Positions 6,656 through 15,000 of a DNA stretch of 22,724 nt are shown here, in pieces. The stretch is from the NCBI GenBank assembly GCA_043753995.1, contig JAYUVP010000091.1:1-22724 (forward strand), written 5' to 3'. The notes beneath the pieces were generated by a model. The model saw only the letters and a list, made by a program, of their open reading frames with translations, was not told the DNA's origin and did no database searches. How positions within the stretch are numbered: position 1 is the first letter of the stretch; each line of letters starts with the position of its first letter. A program made the position numbers and the translations under genes. This stretch comes from Fibrobacterota bacterium. GTDB lineage: Bacteria; Fibrobacterota; Fibrobacteria; UBA11236.

Positions 6656-9073
6656 ATGTTGCCTGGCTTATTGCGTCGCGGCCTGATTCTTACTGGAAAA
6701 CGGCACCTGATTCCCTTTCTCGACGGGCTCACCTATCTCGGCCGCCCAAGCCAAGTGCCCTTTCCCAGTGAACTCATCGAGCAGGGCTTGGCCATAGTTC
6801 TTTCGGGACTCAACAATACCCTGGCCATACAGAGCAATCCCGATTGGATTTGGCCTCATTGGGTGGAGAGGCAAATCGCCCCGGATGGCGATGAATTCAT
6901 ACCCACGGCCTTCAATCTCATCAAAAGCAATCTCACTTGTCGGAACTGGACTTCGCTTGGCGTTGAGGATAGCCCGCGCGAGGCGATGATTGATCCGGTG
7001 GGCATGATCACCTTGCGGCCCTATGGTTGGTCCGTTTTCCCCTATGTGCGCCTGCATGAGCGCGGCTGGTTCCCTCCCCGCATGCGCGATGGCGTGCGTC
7101 AAGAATTGCTCGAAGCCGTCTTGCCCGTGGTGGTGACCCATTATCGCACCTTGCCTTCGCTTCGCTGGCAAAGCGAAGCCGTGGCGCTTCGCCTGCAAGG
7201 CGAGGAGGCGCTTTCCTTCACGCATACTTTGGCCAATGCCAGCGATCGTCACTTAACCTTGCGCTTTGGGCTGGCTTTGCGTCCTTACAATCCACTCATG
7301 CTGGGCCATATCAATCGCATTCACTACGAGGCTCGTCATTGGCGCGTGAATGGCATGGAAGGGCTCACGCTCGACAGCGACCCTGATCGCGTAGTGGTTT
7401 CCGATCGGCATCACGGCGATCCTTTGGTGCGCGACGTGCTCATCGAAGGCCTACGGGCCTTGCGCTCGCGCTCGGGCATAGCCTGCGGCCTTTGCGAATG
7501 GAATATCGAATTGCCTCCTGGCGCGGAGCGCACCCTGCGCAGCGTGGCCTGGCTGGGCGAAAAGCCCGAATGCCCCGCGCCGCTTCGCAAGCAGGGATTG
7601 TCCGCGGCCGTGGTCAAGTCGCGTGAGGGCGCGCTTCATCGCTTGCGCGAAGTGCAAGAAGAGGGCCTTTGCCTCAAATTGCCGGAGCCCGTACTCGAAG
7701 AAGCCTTTGGCGCCATCAAGGGTCATCTGCATGTCTTTGATGACCGAGAACACTTTTCGCCCGGGACCTTTCTGTATCACCAGCCTTGGTTTCGCGACTC
7801 GGCCTATATCGCGGCGGCTTTTGATCATCTCGGCTGGTTCGCCCGCGTCGAGGAAAAAATCGGCCCCATGCTCAAGCGCCAGGATCGCAAAGGTTTTTTC
7901 CGCAGTCAAAATGGCGAATGGGACAGCAATGGCCAAGCCCTGTGGACCCTGGTGCAGCATGTGCGCCGCGGCGGCACTCCTGATCTGTTACCGCGGCTGC
8001 ATCCAGCCTTGATGCAAGGCGCCCACTGGATTACGCGCATGCGCGGGCAAAATCGAAAATCGCCTTCGCCGCATTATGGCTTATTGCCCTCGGGTTTTTC
8101 CGCCGAGCATTTCGGGCCCAATGATCATTATTACTGGGATAATTTCTGGGGCATTGCTGGCTTGGAAGCCGCGCTATGGTCGGCGCGGCGCTTGGATCGA
8201 AATCAAGACACGCAATGGCTACTCGAGGAAATCGAGGACTATCGCGGTGACTTACACGCCTCCCTTGAATTCAGCCTTCGCCGCACCGGCGGTCAAGGCC
8301 TGCCCTGCTCGCCTTATCGCGCCTTGGATACGGCGGCCATCGGCAATTTGGCGGCGGTATCGCCTCTCGGCATTTTGCCTGCCCACTCCGATTGGGTGCG
8401 CGGCACTTGCGATTGGCTATGGCAAAACAATTTGCGCCATGGCCTCTTCTTCCAGAAAATCGTGCACACCGGCTTGAATCCCTACTTGTCGGTGCAATTG
8501 GCGCGCGCCTTCATCGCCTTACGCGACGCACGCGGCTACGCCATATTAGAAGCGCTTTTGCATAAAGCCTCGCGTACCTGGACTTGGCCTGAGGCCTTGC
8601 ATCCCCGCACCCTCGGTGGATGCATGGGTGACGGAGATCACGGATGGTCCGCTGCGGAAACCTTGCAACTCATTCGTGGCTTGCTCATCGAAGATCATGC
8701 CGGAGCCATCACCCTCATGCCCGGCGCTCCCCGCGCCTGGTTTCGCCCTGGCATGGACCTTGAAATCAAGGATGCTCCGACCCTGCACGGCATGGTCAAT
8801 TTCAAAATCCACTGGAGCGCCCATCTTTGCGTGATGGAATGGAGCGTCCGGCGGGCTGCCCATCAAGACCCCGCCCCGCTTTATTTGCTCTTGCCTTCGG
8901 ATGTGGATTTGGCCTTGCCTTCCGATGCTATCCCCGAGGGTTCCCAAAAACGTTTGGAATTGAGTCTCCCCGCGGGCAAGCGGGTGATGACGCCAATGGC
9001 CGCCGAGGCCAATCTCACCGAAAGGATGCGCGACGCCGCCCGTTACCAGGCGCAGTCAAGCCAAGGACTATGA
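6656..9073 (+). CDS. Six-hairpin (alpha/alpha)6 glycosidase-like protein, family unassigned, probably cytoplasmic
   Basis: 805 aa. Motifs YHQPWFRDSAY, GEWDSNGQALW, YWDNFWGIAGL, TWPEALHP and GDGDHGWSAAE resemble GH15/GH63/GH78-like barrels; C-terminal beta domain (ITLMPGAP...APTLHGMVNF). No clear signal peptide. Confidence 0.62.
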   Translation: MLPGLLRRGLILTGKRHLIPFLDGLTYLGRPSQVPFPSELIEQGLAIVLSGLNNTLAIQSNPDWIWPHWVERQIAPDGDEFIPTAFNLIKSNLTCRNWTSLGVEDSPREAMIDPVGMITLRPYGWSVFPYVRLHERGWFPPRMRDGVRQELLEAVLPVVVTHYRTLPSLRWQSEAVALRLQGEEALSFTHTLANASDRHLTLRFGLALRPYNPLMLGHINRIHYEARHWRVNGMEGLTLDSDPDRVVVSDRHHGDPLVRDVLIEGLRALRSRSGIACGLCEWNIELPPGAERTLRSVAWLGEKPECPAPLRKQGLSAAVVKSREGALHRLREVQEEGLCLKLPEPVLEEAFGAIKGHLHVFDDREHFSPGTFLYHQPWFRDSAYIAAAFDHLGWFARVEEKIGPMLKRQDRKGFFRSQNGEWDSNGQALWTLVQHVRRGGTPDLLPRLHPALMQGAHWITRMRGQNRKSPSPHYGLLPSGFSAEHFGPNDHYYWDNFWGIAGLEAALWSARRLDRNQDTQWLLEEIEDYRGDLHASLEFSLRRTGGQGLPCSPYRALDTAAIGNLAAVSPLGILPAHSDWVRGTCDWLWQNNLRHGLFFQKIVHTGLNPYLSVQLARAFIALRDARGYAILEALLHKASRTWTWPEALHPRTLGGCMGDGDHGWSAAETLQLIRGLLIEDHAGAITLMPGAPRAWFRPGMDLEIKDAPTLHGMVNFKIHWSAHLCVMEWSVRRAAHQDPAPLYLLLPSDVDLALPSDAIPEGSQKRLELSLPAGKRVMTPMAAEANLTERMRDAARYQAQSSQGL

Positions 9074-11871
9074 AAAAACCAGAAGACCAAAACGAAGGAC
9101 ATGGGCGATTTCGCCGACAAGTGAATGCCGGCCTCAAACAAAAAGTCGCCGAGGCTCAAACGGTTGCTGGAGTTTCCGAAATCGGCGACGCAGATACCTT
9201 ACGCATCGATTTGCATTGCCATGATCACAATAGCGACGTGCCCGATGAAACATTGGGTCGCCTCTTGCGCTTGCCCGAGACGTGGCTGCCCACGGCCGAA
9301 TTGGGCAAGGTGCTGCGCGGCCATGGCACCGATGTTCTCACCGTCACCAATCACAATAATGCCCGTAGCTGCTGGGATTGGCTCGAACAGGGTGAAGACG
9401 TTTTGCCCGCCGCCGAATTCAGCGTGACCTTTCCCGATGTGGACATCGGCGTGCACGTACTCACTTTCGGCATCACCCAGGCGGATGAAGAGGCGTTGAA
9501 TAGTCGCCGGAAAGATGCCTATCGTTTTCTGGAGTATACCGCCGAGCGCGACCTTCCCACGTCCTTGGCTCATCCCCTGCATTTTTACAGCCCCAAGGGC
9601 ATGCCCTCGCAAGCCCTCATGGACCGCTTCGCCTTATGCTTCGAGCGCTTCGAAGGTGTGAATGGCCAGCGTGACGCCTGGCAAAATCTATTGACCATGG
9701 AATGGGTGCAAAGCCTCACCCCCGAGGCTCTTGATGCCATGGGCCGCCGCATCGGCATACGCCCCGACGCCTTTTGCCGCGATCCCTATCGCAAGCAAGT
9801 CACCGGCGGATCGGATTGCCACTTCGGAATATTCTCCGGCAGCACGGGCACCGCCCTGCGCGCTCCTGGCTGGCGCCAAGACCCCCGCAAGCCCTCGCAA
9901 ATCGCCTTGGAAGCCTTGCGTCGAGGCGAATTCGCTCCTTATGGCGCCTATTGCGGCGAAGAAAAATTGATGGCCGCCTTCCTCGAATTTTTCTGTAATG
10001 CTGCACTTCGCATGCAAGACCCGGGCCTCTTGCGCCTGCTGCTGCACCGGGGCGACCCGGGGGAGAAACTCCTGGGTTACGTGGTCGCCAACGGTTTTAT
10101 GGAATTAAAGCGCCACCGCATGACCTCGCGTTTTCTCGGGATTTTATGCGAGGGCTTTCGTGGCAAAAAGCCGGGGCTGCTGGCCTCGCTCATGGTGAGC
10201 AAGCCGTATCGCCCCATGTTGCAGGGCATCGAGGCCATCGCCAAGGCGCGCCAAGGCTCCGGCGAAAACATGGCCGCCACCTTGCGCGAAGTCTTGCCCG
10301 ATCTTTTCACGCAAATCTGGGGATTGCTGTGCCGACGCGTGAGCAATAAGGTCGAGAAGCATGAGAAGTCGGGAGCGGACTGGCCCTCGACCTCGGAATT
10401 GCTGGCCCGCGTTGAATTGCCGGTGCATTTTCGGGCCTTGGTCGGTGGCGCTCCTTCGTCGAGCCGCGACATGACGGGCGGCGACTTGGGCGATTGGATG
10501 GACGGCCTGCCCTTTCCCTTTCTCGCCTCGGTGGTGCTGGGCGGATCGGCGTTCGCCGCCAGCACGGTTTTGCATGACAAGCGACCTTTCGTTGATGCTT
10601 TCGCCGAAAGCCTTGGCAAGTGGAAGCATCCGCATCGGGCCTTATGGCTCAGCGATACTTTTTTTGATCGCAATGGCGTTTCCCATGTTTTGCAAGCGAC
10701 GCTCGCCGAAGCGCGCGAGCGCGGCCTGCCCTTGGATTTCCTTGCCTGCGACGAAGCTTTCGGAAAACCCCGCCCCGAAGACGGATCCCATTTGAAGCGC
10801 CTGCCCGTGGCCTCCGCCTTTTCCTTGCCTTTTTATCGGGAGCAACCGATTCGCTTGCCCGACGTCATGGCCGTGCACCGGGCTTTCGCCGAAGGCGGAT
10901 ACGATCGCGTCGTGTGCAGCACCGAAGCCCCCATGGGTTTGCTCGCCTTGTATTTGCGCGAGGCCTTTCATGTGCCCGCCTACTTTTACCTGCATACGGA
11001 CTGGCTCGATTTCGCCAAGCGCACTCTGGGTCTGGATAAGCCTAAGCTCGATCGTTTGCGCCGCTTCCTGCGCGCCTTCTATCGCCGCTTCGATGGCGTC
11101 TTCGTACTCAATACCGAGCAACGCGATTTTCTGATTTCGCCCGCCATGGGCTTGGATCCGGCCCGGGTGCATTTGACCGCGCATTGGGTCGATTCGTTGT
11201 ATCGCCCCGCCGTATTGAACAAGGGCGAAGTATTCGCAGGCGTGTCGGAAAATCAGAAAGTGCTGCTCTTCGCCGGAAGGCTTTCCTTTGAAAAGGGCCT
11301 GCGGGATTTGCCGCAAATCCTTGCGAAAGTTCGTGCACTAGTCCCCGAAGCGGTTTTGGCCGTCGCAGGAACGGGTCCCGCCGAAGCCTGGCTGCGCGAG
11401 GCCCTTCCTGATACCGTTTTTTTAGGCTGGCAGGACAAACCGGGCTTGGCACGGGCCTATGCCGCTGCCGACTTATTGGTTTTGCCCAGTTGGTTTGACA
11501 CTTTTTCTTGCGCCCTGTTAGAGGGGCTGAGCTGCGGCTTGCCTGCCGTGGCCTATGCCACCAAGGGCCCGGCCGACCTGATTCTCGATGGCGTCAATGG
11601 CTATCTCGCCCGCGATGTGGATCACATGGGCGACCTATGCGCTGATTATTTAGCGCATCCCGAACGTGCCGCGACCTTTCGTCGCGCTGCGGCTGAGCGT
11701 GGAGCGAATTTTGAAGCCGAACCCATACTTCAAAACCTGCTGACGGCCATGGGATTGCAAGGGGAAAGCGTCGCCGGTGCGACCTTGAGGGCCGCTAGAC
11801 CCACGCCTATGGAAAAACCCGATGCCGAAGAGGGTCTGCTGGCCGATTTGTTTTCCCTCGTGAGGGCTTAG
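9070..11871 (+). CDS. PHP-domain metallophosphoesterase fused to a GT4 (GT-B) glycosyltransferase
   Basis: 933 aa from ATG 9070 (ATGA overlap with the upstream stop, AAGGA RBS). PHP motifs IDLHCH, VTNHN, AAEFS, HVL, LAHP, FEGVNG, GGSDCH. GT4 motifs SDTFFDRNGV, STEAPMGL, YLHTDW, LFAGRLSFEKG, AYAAADLLVLPSWFDTFSCALLEGLSCGLP. Confidence 0.88.
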   Translation: MKKPEDQNEGHGRFRRQVNAGLKQKVAEAQTVAGVSEIGDADTLRIDLHCHDHNSDVPDETLGRLLRLPETWLPTAELGKVLRGHGTDVLTVTNHNNARSCWDWLEQGEDVLPAAEFSVTFPDVDIGVHVLTFGITQADEEALNSRRKDAYRFLEYTAERDLPTSLAHPLHFYSPKGMPSQALMDRFALCFERFEGVNGQRDAWQNLLTMEWVQSLTPEALDAMGRRIGIRPDAFCRDPYRKQVTGGSDCHFGIFSGSTGTALRAPGWRQDPRKPSQIALEALRRGEFAPYGAYCGEEKLMAAFLEFFCNAALRMQDPGLLRLLLHRGDPGEKLLGYVVANGFMELKRHRMTSRFLGILCEGFRGKKPGLLASLMVSKPYRPMLQGIEAIAKARQGSGENMAATLREVLPDLFTQIWGLLCRRVSNKVEKHEKSGADWPSTSELLARVELPVHFRALVGGAPSSSRDMTGGDLGDWMDGLPFPFLASVVLGGSAFAASTVLHDKRPFVDAFAESLGKWKHPHRALWLSDTFFDRNGVSHVLQATLAEARERGLPLDFLACDEAFGKPRPEDGSHLKRLPVASAFSLPFYREQPIRLPDVMAVHRAFAEGGYDRVVCSTEAPMGLLALYLREAFHVPAYFYLHTDWLDFAKRTLGLDKPKLDRLRRFLRAFYRRFDGVFVLNTEQRDFLISPAMGLDPARVHLTAHWVDSLYRPAVLNKGEVFAGVSENQKVLLFAGRLSFEKGLRDLPQILAKVRALVPEAVLAVAGTGPAEAWLREALPDTVFLGWQDKPGLARAYAAADLLVLPSWFDTFSCALLEGLSCGLPAVAYATKGPADLILDGVNGYLARDVDHMGDLCADYLAHPERAATFRRAAAERGANFEAEPILQNLLTAMGLQGESVAGATLRAARPTPMEKPDAEEGLLADLFSLVRA

Positions 11872-11893
11872 CACACCAGAGCCCTGGACTCCC

Positions 11894-11926
11894 GAGCGCG
11901 GAAAACTTTGACATTTCGCGCTCTTT
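11894..11926 (+). terminator. Probable intrinsic terminator after the glycosidase/PHP-GT4 pair
   Basis: GAGCGC(G)GAAA-actttgaca-TTTCGCGCTC stem followed by TTT, 22 nt after the stop; the U-tract is short. Confidence 0.5.
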
Positions 11927-12019
11927 CATGATTTGTGTGCACTCACCCATGGCGTTTTACGACAATGATTGGGTACCTTTGGTCGTTTTCATTGTGATTG
12001 TTCCTGGTGAGGAAGAAGC

Positions 12020-15000
12020 ATGGTTCGATTTGGGCTCGTTGGCGGCTCGCTTGCGTTGCTGTTTCTGGGTTGGCAATGCCCTGAAGCCGACCTCGTAGAT
12101 TTCGAGCCTCCCGCCTATGCGGTGGGACGCGTTCTGCAAGGCATGGACGGATGGACTCGGGCCGTTACCAATAATGGCGACTCCTCCCAATTCAAAGTGG
12201 AAAGCAATACCACCAGCGCTTATTTGCATGTTCAGCCCAAGGACACCTATGCCGTCAGCCGGATTTTTCGGCCTGCGGCTAGAGCCATTGAATTAAAGTG
12301 GCGATGGCGTTTTGATAGTATCCAGACCAATCAATTCTGCTTGGGCATTGGCACCGAAGCCGATACTATGGTCATGCGAGTCAAAATTTGCGTGTATCCG
12401 AACCAGAGCCTGCAGTATCAAACTGCTTCCGGCAGTATGCTCGGCATTCCGCACAGTATGACCTCGGCCACTTGGCATTATATGCGCCTCGTTGTCGACG
12501 GCAATCTAGGCTCTTGGTCTTTGTTTGCCAGCACCACGGTGGGCCGCGAAAAAGAACAAGCCCTACTGGGACCTATCGCCTTTCTATCGGTGGGCCCACT
12601 TCCGACTGCACAAAATATCCCGGTGCTTAGCCGATTGTTTTTGCGTCAAGAGGGCGACAATACGAGAAAGAATGTGGATCTCGACGATTTTGATTGGGCA
12701 CGGGCCGATTATAAACGCTGGGTAGGATTGGCTTTGGACAGCAATTGGAGTTCGTCCACCAATTGGAATCCGGTTGGCGTGCCTGAATCCACCGATGTGG
12801 TGCTTTTCCCCGCGGGGGTGACCCGGGGCATGATGCTGGATCGCCATGTCAGCGTGCAGGGCATTGTTGTGCAAAACGCCTATGCTGGCACCCTGAATTT
12901 CGATAACTTCATTCTCAATCTTACCGGCAATGGCGATTTCGCCGGCGGCAAATACCGATATCAAGCCGGAATTCTCCGCCTCAGTTCGCCTTCCACCCAA
13001 ATCCTTATTGGCCCAGTTGCCAATGCTGCGGATGTCGCCGCGGGATTGCCACCTGTGCGCCATGATGGAGCTGGCACCGTGCAATTGGCGGTCCGACCTT
13101 TGACCGTGAGAGGTTGGGAGCAAACCCACGGCAACTTGGATTTTAATGGCCAAGATTTGATTGTCAACGGCGATCTGAAGGTCAATGGAAGCCTGGGCAT
13201 AACCAAGGCGACCCCGTATGGCTTGATGCGGCTGGACGGTCGTAACATCAAGGTTTCGGGCAATGCCAGCTTTGAGGGTAGGGAGAACAATCTCATCGGG
13301 CTATTGGCAACCACCACCCCTTTCTCCCTGGCAGTCACAGGCAATTTGACGGCCAAGTATGCCTCCATAGGCCAATGCAAGGCCACGGTTTCGCGGGGCA
13401 TCGCCACTTATTCAGACAGTTTGAAAGGTGCGGAAAACTGGACCTTTAAACGCGCTCCCACGGTCAAAATTGTCCCCGACACCTTGGGTGTCTACCCCGG
13501 GCAAACTGCCACCTTTAACTCGGAAATCACCCATTTGGGCGACGGGACCTTGACTTGGTATGTGAATGACGCGGCCCAATCCTTGGCCAACAAAACCATC
13601 CATTTGATTGGCGTGACCCTGGCGGATCACAGCAAGCGTATTGTTTGCAAGGTGACCAATAGTACGGGAACGGCCACCTCGAATACGGCCCGGTTGAGCG
13701 TGAGCTTTCCTGCTCCGGTGCCTTCGACCCACGATCGCGAATTTTCAGGAACCCTGCAAGTGGGCTTTAATGCCCTAGTCGAAAACCCTCTTTTATTCGT
13801 TTCTCAGAATGACAGCCCCTTTGAGCGGATTACGGGTACGGTGACCTTGACCAAGGAAACCGAACTTCGCGTTTATGCTGTGCTCGGAAGCGATACTTCG
13901 GCCATGGGTCTCTATCGGTTTACTTCCACCGATATCCCAAAACTAGCCCGTCCTATTGCCACACCCAGAGGCCGCGAATTCCCGGATTCCATCACGGTCG
14001 CGCTGAAGTCCCCCGACAGCGCCGAAATGTTCTTCACCTTGGATGGCTCCAAGCCCACTGAAGCCTTGAAGCCTTATGCCCAACCCCTGATTCTGCGACA
14101 AACTGCTGAATTGACCGTCATCGCCACACGGAAGAGTTATCGGAGCAGCGACACCCTGCGCGAACTTTATTTGGACACTCTGGAATCGGTGCAGCCCCTT
14201 TTGGAAAAGCCTATAGCCCAACCTGCGGCTGGCGCGGTCGCCGACGGTACTTCAGTACGCTTCTCTTCGGGGCAGGCCTCAATTTGGTGGCGCAAGGTAG
14301 GAGGAGTTTGGACTTGGCAAATGGATAGCGCCTTGGTCATTCACCAAAATGACAGTGTCGAAGCGGTCGCGGTGCAAGGAACCAAACGCAGCGCCATCGC
14401 CAAATTCACCTACCTGCTGGAGTCGGGGCCGCGCGTCTCTCCCACTCCGGGAAAATTTCACGATAGTATTCAGGTCGAGCTTACCACTCGCGACGGTTCG
14501 AAGATATATGCGGACACCAATAAAGTGCCAACCCAGAATGGAACCCTGCCCTATAGTCAACCTTATAGGTTCTTCAATACCACGGTTTTACATGCTTTTT
14601 CCGTAAGCACAAGCGGAAAGGTGAGCGACATGCAAACCTGGGTCTATCAGTTGGAGCCCCAGATTCCGGTCGCCACACCTGGCGGCAATGCGCTGCAAGC
14701 CACGGGCAAGGTCACCCTCAGTACGCCCACTCGCTTAGCGAGTTTGTATTACACCTTGGATGGGCAAGACCCCACTCCCGGAAATTGGATCCCTTATTTT
14801 GGGCCGATTGCTATCACGAAGAGTTTGACTCTTAAGGCCGTGGCCGTGACGGGCAGAGACGATAACGAAATCAATAGCGCGGTGATGACCGAGCAATATC
14901 GCCTCACCGAAGATCCCAAGCAAACCGAAATTTTGCCGGGTCAACAAGGCGGATTGGCGGGCGAATTTCGTGTGGTCGTGGACGCCAAAGCGAAAGGGCC

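Noticed and set aside
8827..9069. 81-codon N-terminal extension of the PHP-GT4 ORF in the ORF track
   Set aside because: TTG start overlapping the upstream CDS by ~245 nt. ATG 9070 has an RBS and a standard ATGA overlap.
9205..9950. PHP domain as DNA polymerase III alpha, PolX or histidinol phosphatase
   Set aside because: No polymerase domain or his-gene context; it is fused to a GT4 domain.
11908..11936. TTGACA as the -35 box of the large-protein gene
   Set aside because: No acceptable -10 at 16-18 bp spacing, and it sits in the loop of the probable terminator.
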